From positions 87,200 to 151,199 of the IMG/VR virus record IMGVR_UViG_3300018916_000001: a DNA stretch of 64,000 nt; one strand, written 5' to 3'. Of this stretch, positions 19,911-29,778 are shown piece by piece; position 1 is the first letter of the stretch; each line of letters begins with the position of its first letter. A program made the position numbers and the translations under genes. The notes below the pieces were generated by a model. That model saw only the letters and a list, made by a program, of their open reading frames with translations, was not told the DNA's origin and searched no databases. The DNA is from a virus.

Positions 19911-20495
19911 TTAGATAATCCCTAAACTTCTTAAGTCTTCTATATCACATCTCATAGCTAACTTAGAAAATAATCTATGACCAATATGAACTTTCCCTAA
20001 CTTACTCATTACTTGGTTCCATTTATAGAAATCCTGACCTAAATAGAACATTACTACTGGAAATGGTGAAGAATCTTTATTGCTCGTATTCTCAAATTTA
20101 ACCCTTTTATCTAACTCACAAAAGGGATAAGGATAAAGTAACTTATACTTCTGAGTAGATACATCAGACTTAATCAATATAACTGCTTTTTCTACTTTAC
20201 CCTTTTCATAAGACTCGATTAATTTAGGAATTGCTAATTTAGATAGTGAGAAAGGCGGATTTAACCATACTCTTCCATACCAATCTTTAGTTAATCCATC
20301 ATCTTCTTTAGTGTAGATATTACTAGCTTTTATTGTTTTATTAGCTATTAGATTAGTCATTGGGTCTAAATCAATCCCACCCATAACTTCTCTAGCAGCT
20401 TCAATTAAATAGCTAGGAGTATTATGTTCGTCGGAGTTCTTAGACGTGAGAGTCTTTAATGTTTTCTTAGAGCTAGTAGAATCAATAATAATCAT
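19911..20495 (-). CDS. Phage DNA N6-adenine methyltransferase
   Basis: DEHNTP, IDLDP, DGL..DWYGRVWLNPPF. Confidence 0.85.
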   Translation of the reverse strand: MIIIDSTSSKKTLKTLTSKNSDEHNTPSYLIEAAREVMGGIDLDPMTNLIANKTIKASNIYTKEDDGLTKDWYGRVWLNPPFSLSKLAIPKLIESYEKGKVEKAVILIKSDVSTQKYKLLYPYPFCELDKRVKFENTSNKDSSPFPVVMFYLGQDFYKWNQVMSKLGKVHIGHRLFSKLAMRCDIEDLRSLGII

Positions 20496-20502
20496 AAAGT
20501 TA

Positions 20503-20934
20503 CTAATTCCTCTCTACTACTCTATTATCTATTTCAGTGTATATCTTAGGTGGAGGTAACAATTCCGGTACATAACCTATAACTCTTAAATCAACATTAT
20601 ATTTTTTAGCATTATCGATTGTATGTTTTGTACCTTTACTCGTCCCATTCCAGAAACAAATACAGTGAGTAGCATATTTCAACATTTCAATATTTCTTAC
20701 CATTCCAGCGCTTTTACCTTTTTCCCAATCAGGTATAAATTTCTTTACTTTATAATCTCTACTTTTAGCATAAGCTTCTCCTAACCTATCTGCACCTCTA
20801 GCACCACCAGATACAATTTCTACTTCACATTCTTCTTTTAAAATTTCTTCTAGATATCTATCAACTTCTCTATCTAATAGTTCTGGATTATTAAAATCTC
20901 TAGAACCTGCAATAATCAATTTTATGTCTACCAT
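20503..20934 (-). CDS. SLOG/YspA-like (DUF2493) protein
   Basis: IIAGSRDF, IVSGGARGADRLGE.YA, AGMVRN, FWNGTSKGT. Confidence 0.8.
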   Translation of the reverse strand: MVDIKLIIAGSRDFNNPELLDREVDRYLEEILKEECEVEIVSGGARGADRLGEAYAKSRDYKVKKFIPDWEKGKSAGMVRNIEMLKYATHCICFWNGTSKGTKHTIDNAKKYNVDLRVIGYVPELLPPPKIYTEIDNRVVERN

Positions 20935-21380
20935 TGTTTACCACTTTTATTGTAATTAACTAATTGATAATGAATATTCACTTGTTCTAATAGTTTATCA
21001 ATGTACTTCTCAAAAGAAGCTCTAACTCTTTCTATATTCTGTCCTTTAAAAGTAGGAGCTGCCATATTAGTACCAGGTAAACTACCTATTAATTTTCCAG
21101 AACTATCTTTACTAACTCTTAATTTAAAGTCTTTATAGGTAAGAATTATACTATTGCTTTTCTCTAACTCTTTCTGTTTCTCATAGTATTCCTTTAAGCC
21201 TTCATCTACTTTCTTTTCAAACACTTCTCTTAATTCTTTTACGGTTACTCCAGATACATCGTAATAAACACCACTAGCTACAGGAAAATATTTATTCTTT
21301 CTAATTCTTCCTATTAAATAATCATCAGAATGAACATAAACATCTAAAATAAAACCTAGATACTCTAATGTATTACTCAT
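20928..21380 (-). CDS. Tandem HicB-like domain protein
   Basis: LEYLGF..LIGRI..SGVTVKELREVFEKKVD and LTYKDF..LIGSL..FKGQNIERVRASFEKYID. Confidence 0.7.
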   Translation of the reverse strand: MSNTLEYLGFILDVYVHSDDYLIGRIRKNKYFPVASGVYYDVSGVTVKELREVFEKKVDEGLKEYYEKQKELEKSNSIILTYKDFKLRVSKDSSGKLIGSLPGTNMAAPTFKGQNIERVRASFEKYIDKLLEQVNIHYQLVNYNKSGKQW

Positions 21381-21399
21381 TTTTCTTTTCCTATAGAAG

Positions 21400-21424
21400 A
21401 AAAAGGGAGCTATTAAAACTCCCT
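21400..21424 (-). terminator. Intrinsic terminator
   Basis: RC AGGGAG-TTTTAATAG-CTCCCT-TTTT just after the stop of 21435-22295. Confidence 0.65.
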
Positions 21425-21434
21425 CATAAACTAC

Positions 21435-22295
21435 TTATTTACTATAATATCTATCGAAATAATCTTTCTTTACGTCTAATCTACTTAAATAGAGTAAATC
21501 TCCAAATAACTGATAAATATCTTCTAACTTTTCACTTAATGTACTAGCACTAAAATTAAGACTCACATCTTTCTCATATAATATATCTAAATGTTTTTGA
21601 TATTGTTGCAATTCTGGTTCATGTATTTCTTCTTGCTTCACTTTCTCTACTACATTTTCAATATCTTCTATTCCTTCTGGAGATTCTATATTAATCAATC
21701 TTAATTTACTAGAATGACTACTATCATGTATAAATATAGGAGATAAATCTATATCTACATAACTAGCATTTTTATATTGATTGCTGTTAGTAATAAGTCT
21801 TAGATAACAAGTAATACCATTACTATGCTTAATAATATATAAGAGAACTTTCTTCGGTGTATTATTAGATACATTAAGGTAGTTTAGAAAAGATCTAAAA
21901 TATTCATCTTTAATTAGCGCATATCTATACTCAAAAGAATTATCAACATACTCACTATATTCGGAAGACCTATAGTAGAGGTTAAATTTAATTTGAGTTG
22001 GATCATCATCTCTAAAATCTCTAAACACTAGATTCTTGAATGCAAGAGTAATAATTTCACTTGTTGGATAAGATTTTTTATCTTCCATAGTATTTTCTTC
22101 TTTCTTAAGCTCAATGTTCATGATATATCCTAACTTACTAAAGATTTCGATTAGTGTTTCTACAGTCGGTACATTTTTGCCAGACTCAATTTTAGAAAGA
22201 TAAGGTTGTTCAATGCCAATAATCTTAGAGAACTGAACTTGAGTTAAACCTAAATCTTTCCTTATCTTAGTGATTTCTTTTGCAATGTTGAACAT
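21435..22295 (-). CDS. XRE-family HTH protein fused to an unknown domain
   Basis: IRKDLGLTQVQFSKIIGIEQPYLSKIESGKNVPTVETL. Confidence 0.8.
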   Translation of the reverse strand: MFNIAKEITKIRKDLGLTQVQFSKIIGIEQPYLSKIESGKNVPTVETLIEIFSKLGYIMNIELKKEENTMEDKKSYPTSEIITLAFKNLVFRDFRDDDPTQIKFNLYYRSSEYSEYVDNSFEYRYALIKDEYFRSFLNYLNVSNNTPKKVLLYIIKHSNGITCYLRLITNSNQYKNASYVDIDLSPIFIHDSSHSSKLRLINIESPEGIEDIENVVEKVKQEEIHEPELQQYQKHLDILYEKDVSLNFSASTLSEKLEDIYQLFGDLLYLSRLDVKKDYFDRYYSK

Positions 22296-22350
22296 AAAAT
22301 TAAAGACTCCCTAATATTAGTAGAGAGTCATAGCTTTTACATCTTAGATA

Positions 22351-22503
22351 TTACTTAGTCTTATCATTAAAACCAAAAATATCCTCGTAGTTTTTAGCAG
22401 CTTTCTTAAGCGATTCATTAGGTTCGGGTGAGTTTTCTATAATTTCCCATAGTTGTTCTGCATCTTCTCTACTCAACCTAATAGACTTACTAGACTTTTC
22501 CAT
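22351..22503 (-). CDS. DUF1778 (TacA-type antitoxin) C-terminal fragment, 50 aa (not in ORF track)
   Basis: MEKSSKSIRLSREDAEQLWEIIENSPEPNESLKKAAKNY matches the DUF1778 tail (I.LS..D.......LENPPEPN..L..AA..Y). Confidence 0.7.
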   Translation of the reverse strand: MEKSSKSIRLSREDAEQLWEIIENSPEPNESLKKAAKNYEDIFGFNDKTK

Positions 22504-22606
22504 TTTTGGAGTTCGAGCAATTAGATTAAACTTGAGAGCTGTACGAGCTAACTATTGTCTAAATCCCATAATAAGTATCTCCTGTAAACGTTATATTTTA
22601 CTTCTA

Positions 22607-23071
22607 CTAATTACTATTTCTAAGATATGTACAATACGTTAACTCCTCTCTAGTTTGTTGCCTACTTAATATCCACTTACTATAATCAATATTCAAGTAA
22701 CAATCTCCAATAAAAGATCTATGTATATGAGTAATCACCATCATATTCGCCAAAGGTAAAAATAATTCATATATAGTTTTACCACCTATAACCCAAAAAT
22801 CCCTATTAGTTTTTATTATTTCTTCTACACTTTTAGAAATTTTAACTTGAGTATAGTCTAGACTGTTCAATTTAGAACTTAAAACTATATTAGTTCTTCC
22901 TTTTAAAGGTTCTGAATTTAAATCATGTAAAAAGGTAGTAGCTCCCATGACTACTGTAGAATTAACGGTTAGTTCCTTAAATCTTTTTAAATCTTCGGAA
23001 TAATACCAAGGTAACTTGTTTTTATTACCTATTACATTGTTGAGGCTAATAGCACTAATTAGCTTTATCAT
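22607..23071 (-). CDS. folA: Dihydrofolate reductase
   Basis: VIGNKNKLPW..EDLKRFKELT..VVMG..T..PLKGRTNIVLS..VIGG..IY. Confidence 0.9.
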   Translation of the reverse strand: MIKLISAISLNNVIGNKNKLPWYYSEDLKRFKELTVNSTVVMGATTFLHDLNSEPLKGRTNIVLSSKLNSLDYTQVKISKSVEEIIKTNRDFWVIGGKTIYELFLPLANMMVITHIHRSFIGDCYLNIDYSKWILSRQQTREELTYCTYLRNSN

Positions 23072-23993
23072 AACCCCCTACAACGGTCAACGGAATGATA
23101 ATTGCGTCATTTGGTTTATAATTACTTATTTCAAAATCTTCAAATACAAAATCAGTTAAATAGTTTTGCCCTTTATCTTTCATATTTAGCTGTGGAAAAG
23201 GACTAGGAGTACGCTCTAATTGTTTTTGCAGTGGTTCAATCTGGTCGGAATATATGTGAACATCATCTAACATAACAATCAACTCTCCTGGTTCATAGTT
23301 ACAACATTTAGAATACAGATGAGTTAATAATCCGTACTGAGCAATATTAAACCCTAGTCCCGTACCTATATCTGAACTCCTAAATTTAACACTTAGACTT
23401 AATCTACTATTAGATACATTTACTGTGTAAGTGAAACCACAAGCAGGTAGTAATACACTCTCCCTACCACATTCATCTGCCATTGAGTATACTTCTTCTG
23501 GATTCCAATAACTAACCACATAACTTTTTCTGTCTGGGTTTTTCTTAATACTATCAATTACCCATTTAGTTTGGTCTAAATAACCAGAATCAAATCTCCA
23601 TTTAGTGCTATTACTGTAATGGGTTGGAATAGTGAACACTTTACGTTTTAGTAAAATTTCTTCTACAAACTCTTCTAAAGAGATATTAGAATCAATATAA
23701 TTTTGTTGGTAGTATTTATATGCAAATTCATTCCAAATGTTTACTCTTTGCTGAGCTAGTTCTGCTACATTATTAGTTCCAGATAAAAACCATAGTATTT
23801 CTTTAAATGCGCCTTTCCAGAATAGTTTCTTAGTTGTAAGAATAGGAATACTATGGTTAGCCAGATTAAATCTAAGTAGCCTTCCAAATACAGAAAGAAT
23901 ATATTTGTCTTCTACTCCATAAATAGCTTTTTTAGTACCATTAATCAAAACATCTCTAATTAAATCTAAATACTGCTGTTCTTCTAAATTCAT
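23055..23993 (-). CDS. thyA: Thymidylate synthase ThyA
   Basis: EQQYLDL, PILTTKK, EILWFLSG, LPAC, RSSD..G..FNIAQY, DVHIY; overlaps DHFR. Confidence 0.85.
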   Translation of the reverse strand: MNLEEQQYLDLIRDVLINGTKKAIYGVEDKYILSVFGRLLRFNLANHSIPILTTKKLFWKGAFKEILWFLSGTNNVAELAQQRVNIWNEFAYKYYQQNYIDSNISLEEFVEEILLKRKVFTIPTHYSNSTKWRFDSGYLDQTKWVIDSIKKNPDRKSYVVSYWNPEEVYSMADECGRESVLLPACGFTYTVNVSNSRLSLSVKFRSSDIGTGLGFNIAQYGLLTHLYSKCCNYEPGELIVMLDDVHIYSDQIEPLQKQLERTPSPFPQLNMKDKGQNYLTDFVFEDFEISNYKPNDAIIIPLTVVGGYDKAN

Positions 23994-24000
23994 AATATTA

Positions 24001-24699
24001 TTAATTTGATTGGTTTAATAAATAATGTTGAAAATCTAAGTCATTAGATAAATAATTTTCTGTACCGTAAAATCTATCCCAATGTTCTTCATAAAAGTTA
24101 AACATATTAGTGAGTAATTTACTATTCAACTCTTCGAGGTCTAGAGTAATTAGTTCTTGTAAAAGTTGTCCATAAATTTGCTGTGTTTCTTCCACCTTCT
24201 CTGTTAAAATTTCTAGCTCCAATAAATAACCATAACCAGCATTTAGGTCGATAGTTGCAGTAACATCATCTTTAATAAATGTTTCTCTTTGTCTGCCCCA
24301 TTTACTACTATAAGTTAAACCTGCATTTAACAATAAATTGTCTAAAGTAATAAAGGATATATCTAATAGAACTTCATACTCCTTACGAATAGTTCCATTA
24401 CTACTATTCTCGTCAAATATTGAGTATTTAATAATAAAAAAACTTTCTCTATTATCTATACATCTAGTTCTAATACTAAACTTGTCACCTCTACCTATTA
24501 CGTTACTTAACTCTAATTCTTGATCTGTTGTTAAATAATCTCTTAAAATATCAAATAAATAAGCAAGAGAATAATCACTATAATTAAAATAATGATTTAA
24601 CTGAGTTTCTCTACTTATATAAATATAACCTTTCTCTAATAGCTTAGACTTAGTTATATTGTAATCTGGTATTAAAGCCTTAACTTCTACTTCAAACAT
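24001..24699 (-). CDS. CYTH (triphosphate tunnel metalloenzyme) domain protein
   Basis: N-terminal EVEVK, IRTR, RKEYE, R.RETF, LLELE. Confidence 0.8.
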   Translation of the reverse strand: MFEVEVKALIPDYNITKSKLLEKGYIYISRETQLNHYFNYSDYSLAYLFDILRDYLTTDQELELSNVIGRGDKFSIRTRCIDNRESFFIIKYSIFDENSSNGTIRKEYEVLLDISFITLDNLLLNAGLTYSSKWGRQRETFIKDDVTATIDLNAGYGYLLELEILTEKVEETQQIYGQLLQELITLDLEELNSKLLTNMFNFYEEHWDRFYGTENYLSNDLDFQHYLLNQSN

Positions 24700-24721
24700 T
24701 TTTCTTTCTCTCTAAAATAAT

Positions 24722-24746
24722 AAAAGGGCAGCTATTACACTACCCT
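24722..24746 (-). terminator. Intrinsic terminator
   Basis: RC AGGGTAG-TGTAATAG-CTGCCCT-TTT after 24766. Confidence 0.6.
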
Positions 24747-24765
24747 ATAACTAAACGACTATTGA

Positions 24766-25218
24766 CTACAAATCTTTCAGCTCAGCTTTCAATTTCTCTA
24801 ACTCAGCTTTCAACTCTTCAGTTGCTTTACTAGCTGTTTCTTGGTACTCTTTCTCGTACACAATCCTTTCTAGATTTTGAGCGCGTTGTAATTTCTCTGT
24901 TCTAATGTTAGCTTTCTCCTTAGCTTTTTCTTCTTCCTCTAAGCGAGTCTCTAAGATATACTTAGCAATATCAAACTTGAGTTGAGTTAGATAATTAGTA
25001 AGATTAGGCTTCTTAAGAAAAGTAATTTGAGTAGAACTTTGCAATTCAGTGTATAAGTCTACTGTTACTTTATCTAAACTACCTAAATCTACATCCCACA
25101 AATCTTCAATACTCCAAAACCCAGAAGGCTTAGTCTTATCTCGATTCTCTACTTTATAACGTACTTTCTTACGTGTACCTTCAGCAATTCGATTAGTGTC
25201 AGTCATATTCTTATCCAC
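24766..25218 (-). CDS. Phage coiled-coil protein, partner of the upstream gene
   Basis: SIEDLWD.DL..LD..LKFDIAKYI motif. Confidence 0.55.
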   Translation of the reverse strand: MDKNMTDTNRIAEGTRKKVRYKVENRDKTKPSGFWSIEDLWDVDLGSLDKVTVDLYTELQSSTQITFLKKPNLTNYLTQLKFDIAKYILETRLEEEEKAKEKANIRTEKLQRAQNLERIVYEKEYQETASKATEELKAELEKLKAELKDL

Positions 25219-25228
25219 TGTATTTTGT

Positions 25229-27403
25229 TTACTTACTTACTACTTTAAAAATTCTAGTGCTTCCATTACTCTCTACTTTAGCATAGAAAGTTGGATTACT
25301 AGAAAGTGAAAAACCCAATCCACTTAGCTGTTCTTGTCCATCATCTTCTACCTCTAATTTATGAGTTAACATCTCAAAGACTCTTTTATGGTTCCTATAC
25401 AAATCATCTTTTAGAAATTCATTAAAGAATCCATTAGCTTTAGGGCTTCTACATTTATCTAAGATAAAGAATAAATGCTTATTACCAATCTCTACACTAT
25501 CCCAATAATTAGGAGAATAAAGAATCATGTTCACTTTCTGAAACTTATTAGTATCAATCTCCCATATTTTAGTAGATTGTACTTGAGAAGTCTTAGGTTC
25601 TGTGGGAAATACTACTCCATCTTTCTTAGTATAAGTAAACTTAGTGACAATTACACTTTTTCTACTAGAAATAATCTCTTGAGAGTCAAATGTATATACT
25701 TCTCCATTAAATTCTAGTTCTACTGTGTAATTCCTAGTAACAGCACGATTTGTATAATTATGTACTGTAACAACGTATGTACCTTCTAAAAGATTAGAAT
25801 CATGAGAGTAAATAATATTCTCTACAGGTTGTTCAGTTGTAGGAAATACGTTTTGATCTACGTCTAAATGACCTTTAGTTTTATAAGAGCGCTTATTTCC
25901 ATAATAAATCTCATTGCCGTCAGGTTCAATCACATGAAGGTCGAGGTCTGTATAATTGTCCCAAGCTAGTGAGATTCTTAACTTACCATCTATCTTCCCA
26001 CCTGCTTTCTTAACCTTCTCTTTAATTGAATCTGCTACTCCATTGTTATAACTCCAAGAGAAATGATTATCCCATTTAAATAAAGAAGGAGCTTCAGAGT
26101 TAACAGCAGTAACAAGACTTACTAAGTTATTCTCCTTACTCTTCTCAAATAAGATAGAGATTGAATCAGCTTTAGGTATTTCATCATTCAAAAACTTATC
26201 TAAAGTAATCTCTTGTACATTCTTCAAGCTCTTAGGACTAACTGGAATTTCTTCTTTTAACTTATTGAAGAGAACTTTAGTTTTGTTTTCAGAATTAGCA
26301 GTAGTTCTAGAATCTCCACGATTGAGATATATTGTATTATTGACCTTAACATCAGTATAATTAGCAAACCTACGAGCTAAAGAGTCTTCATAGCCCAACT
26401 CGATGACAGTTTGAAGTGCATCATCCACCATTCTTTGAGTAGGAGCCACCTTAACACGTTTATAGTTATTAGGGTCTACTACCGAACCATACTTATTAAC
26501 TGCTGTCTCAATATCAGTGTCATTACTTAAATCGATTAGTAACGTGCCAATAGCAGAGTTTCTAATTCTTGCTCCTAACTTCTGACAATTAACCCAAGCA
26601 AAATTATCTTTTTTCTGCTCCAAAACTACACTAATACTATTTTCAGCTATCAATCTTCTATACTCATCTTGAAGTTTCTGAAATGATTTAACAACAGCAA
26701 TAAACTCACTACCACGATAGAGATTTCCTTCTTTCTCCAAATCAATTACCGATTGAACTGCATAAGGAGTAATTTCATCCAAAGCTCTTTTAAAGACATT
26801 CTTAGTATCTCTATAAGAAGCTTGAGTAGGAGTAATATCTTTCTCAGCATTTACCTTCTGATATTCTTCTCTATTCAAATGATAGTAAAAATGATCCCAG
26901 CGAATTACACCAGTAGACAATACATCAACTTCTGGAGTTTCAAAATTAAAATCAGTTCCTAGCTTAGGTTGATTGTTGACAAATACATCTCGAATATTAG
27001 AGCGAAATACTAATTCACTCAAATTATCTACTACTTTCTGGTACATCTCATCTGGAACTTCAAAATTCCAAAGAGTAGTTAACGACATATTTTCTTGATT
27101 GACTTTGACTAATCCACCATAAGATTTAATAAATTGACGGCAAGAATTACAGTTAAAGCTTTGACGTAAATCTTCAGGAAAAGAATTGAGATAAGTATCC
27201 CACAGCTCATCTTTACTTACATCACTAATAAAAATAACTCCTTTATCTACAGAAGACATTAATTTAGCAACATGAGCTTGGAATATAGACTTAAATTGAT
27301 TGAACAACATAAATAATTCCTCAGTGTGAATAAAGATAATATCAAAGGAGCAGTAATACCCACTCCTTATCTTAAAATCAATGTCTTTTAGCAGAAGCTT
27401 CAA
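25229..27403 (-). CDS. Large phage protein with a YfaP/DUF2135-like domain (true start probably the second Met)
   Basis: NCNSCRQF; LRISLAW..DLDLHVIEPDG.EIYY..LDVD..PVENI. Confidence 0.65.
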   Translation of the reverse strand: MKLLLKDIDFKIRSGYYCSFDIIFIHTEELFMLFNQFKSIFQAHVAKLMSSVDKGVIFISDVSKDELWDTYLNSFPEDLRQSFNCNSCRQFIKSYGGLVKVNQENMSLTTLWNFEVPDEMYQKVVDNLSELVFRSNIRDVFVNNQPKLGTDFNFETPEVDVLSTGVIRWDHFYYHLNREEYQKVNAEKDITPTQASYRDTKNVFKRALDEITPYAVQSVIDLEKEGNLYRGSEFIAVVKSFQKLQDEYRRLIAENSISVVLEQKKDNFAWVNCQKLGARIRNSAIGTLLIDLSNDTDIETAVNKYGSVVDPNNYKRVKVAPTQRMVDDALQTVIELGYEDSLARRFANYTDVKVNNTIYLNRGDSRTTANSENKTKVLFNKLKEEIPVSPKSLKNVQEITLDKFLNDEIPKADSISILFEKSKENNLVSLVTAVNSEAPSLFKWDNHFSWSYNNGVADSIKEKVKKAGGKIDGKLRISLAWDNYTDLDLHVIEPDGNEIYYGNKRSYKTKGHLDVDQNVFPTTEQPVENIIYSHDSNLLEGTYVVTVHNYTNRAVTRNYTVELEFNGEVYTFDSQEIISSRKSVIVTKFTYTKKDGVVFPTEPKTSQVQSTKIWEIDTNKFQKVNMILYSPNYWDSVEIGNKHLFFILDKCRSPKANGFFNEFLKDDLYRNHKRVFEMLTHKLEVEDDGQEQLSGLGFSLSSNPTFYAKVESNGSTRIFKVVSK

Positions 27404-27788
27404 GTTCTAGTCTCATTAGTCCAGACTTTTCTGATGCTTCTTTCTCTAACTTTTTAATTGTTTCTATCATATCTTCCACTAAAGAATGATAACTACAAAT
27501 TGTCCCTTCTGGAGAATCATAACCTTCTGCATTTAAAATCTCTCCGAACTCTTTTTGATATTCCTCTGCTTTACTGCTCATTCTCTCTATCCTTTGTCAG
27601 TCTCTTTTCTTCACTATAGGCAACAAAAGCAATTCCACCTAATACACTACTCCCTAAAATTAAAGGAGATGGATTTCCACCTGTTAATAGTAAAACTCCT
27701 GCGAAACCCAACCCTACTTGAGCCATCTGTTTAACTAATGACGACAGACTAGACTTAGACTCTTCATATAAGCTTTTTCTTCTCATAT

Positions 27789-28484
27789 TTAAAACTCCGG
27801 TGGATTATAACTACCTATTTTAGCTTCCCATACATTTTCATCTAAATTGAGCTTCAAAGTTGAATATCTACTAATCCAAAATAAATACGTACTTATCCGA
27901 TTTAATAAAGCTGAGGTATCCAATCTAGCTCCTTCCATCTTCTTCAACCCATAAAGAGTAAAGTACCAGAGAGTATAAGTAGTCTCTAATATACGAAAAG
28001 CTAATCGAGCTAAATCTATACTTAAAAGGCGTCCATCAGTAAAAGAAAGAAAATCTTGACAATCTCCTAAACTCTTACCGTTTACTTCTGTAGTTTGTAA
28101 ATACTCAATTCGTTTATCTATAGTGTCTAGAACTTCAATAGGAAATATGTGATTAATAGAGTCATCACTTCCCCAATTAAAACAAAATGCTCCTAAAGAA
28201 TGTAGATTCTCAATAAACCATTGTAATTGATAAACCTCAAACTCTTCTAGAAACGGAGATTTAGTGTGATGAAGAAGAATCTTGCTACAACACCATTTAC
28301 TAAATTCCAATGCGCTATAAACTAAGTGAGCTGGAGAGTGTTTAGGTAGACGAATACCTTTAATAAATTCACTGGTTCCATCATCTCCTCTACTATAATG
28401 TCTAATACCAGACTTAATTCTAGGAGTTACTTTCTTTTGATTGACTAAAAGACTGAGGTTATAAAGTAATTGATTAATGTTCAT
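27789..28484 (-). CDS. PduO-type ATP:cob(I)alamin adenosyltransferase-like protein
   Basis: YSRGDDGTS (cf. YTRTGDxGxT), LARLAFRILE (cf. ARTVCRRAER), LNRISTYLFWISR (cf. LNRLSDYLFxLAR). Confidence 0.7.
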   Translation of the reverse strand: MNINQLLYNLSLLVNQKKVTPRIKSGIRHYSRGDDGTSEFIKGIRLPKHSPAHLVYSALEFSKWCCSKILLHHTKSPFLEEFEVYQLQWFIENLHSLGAFCFNWGSDDSINHIFPIEVLDTIDKRIEYLQTTEVNGKSLGDCQDFLSFTDGRLLSIDLARLAFRILETTYTLWYFTLYGLKKMEGARLDTSALLNRISTYLFWISRYSTLKLNLDENVWEAKIGSYNPPEF

Positions 28485-28788
28485 TACTAATCTCCAAATA
28501 AATCTATCTCTTCTACTAAAACTCTAAAATCAGTCAACTCTCCCTCACAATTATTTTGTATTTTCATATTTTCATCTAAAAATACTGGATAATCCTCGTA
28601 ATTAGCAATTAACTCAATCTTATTCCAAAAACAAAAATACCGTACTACATTAAATATAGAAGTAGTAGAAGTAGAGATCTTATATTCTAACTTCTCTTTA
28701 TCTTCTAAAAACTTCTTTAATGATTGAATTACTTTATATTCAGAATGAGGTAAGCTATCTCTTTTATAGTAGAAGTGGATTACTTTCT

Positions 28789-29202
28789 TCATCCCAATCT
28801 CTTAGCTAATTTTTCTTGTTCCATTCGTAATTGCTCTTTATACATATCACATTGCAATCTATACCCTTCGAGTTGCCAGAGTTGATTCATAGCGTGCAAC
28901 CTACACATCTTACGACCAATACCAACATCAAACTTTTTGTGATTTACTACTGCTGACCTACCCAAGACAGTGAACCCATTTTGTAATCTATAAGAGATAG
29001 TCATTGAAATAGGTGGGTCGTGTTGAAATTGCTCTACTTTTTCCACTGCATTATCCAATAAAGATGCAATGTGTTCCTCAGTTGTAAAGTAAGGGTTATC
29101 CTTGTGATGTTCTTTAATTTCTTCTTCTAAAGTCTTGTTCATAATTGCGAGATACTTAATGATAAAAACGACATAATCATTATCCATGAGAGTAACACCC
29201 AA
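28789..29202 (-). CDS. N4 gp49/Sf6 gp66 family protein (candidate nucleotide-signal sponge)
   Basis: LQNGFTVLGRSAVV....FD..IGRK....AMNQLWQLEGY. Confidence 0.75.
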   Translation of the reverse strand: MGVTLMDNDYVVFIIKYLAIMNKTLEEEIKEHHKDNPYFTTEEHIASLLDNAVEKVEQFQHDPPISMTISYRLQNGFTVLGRSAVVNHKKFDVGIGRKMCRLHAMNQLWQLEGYRLQCDMYKEQLRMEQEKLAKRLG

Positions 29203-29778
29203 AATCTTAATTCAGTCTTAATATTCACTACATATCTTCCTCAATAAACGTATCTACATACCAAAGTACAAAGAGTACCATAAATGCTATAAATCCAATA
29301 GTAGATAATAAAATATTTATAATGGTCATAACTTCTCCATATTCCAAAGTAGACCAATAATAATACCGTTAATATAAGTACAACCAATTAATACTGCTAC
29401 TAATACACTAAGACTTCCACTCATAAGTAGAATTGCGTGTAAAGTAATAAACATTAAAACTAAAAACTTTGCTACTTTCTTAGGATTATTCATTATAATA
29501 ACTCCTTCAATACTTCTTGAACTTGATCGGCAGTTAGTAGAGTGTATTTCCTATCATCTATACTATCTCCTACTATATCAAAACAATCATCTTCACTAAT
29601 ATCTTCAATAATAGTATTTATTTTTAGAAGACTTTTATCTTCAAATTGATCTTTTAAGATTTCAATAGGATAGTAATTATCTTCTTCTATATACTCAACT
29701 AAATCAAAATCTTCACTACATTTTCGGATATAGATATTTCCACGATTAACTTGGATATAGTACATAATATCTTTCTAC

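Noticed and set aside
21435-22295. Lysogeny repressor
   Set aside because: No peptidase domain, no divergent cro and no integrase in the window.
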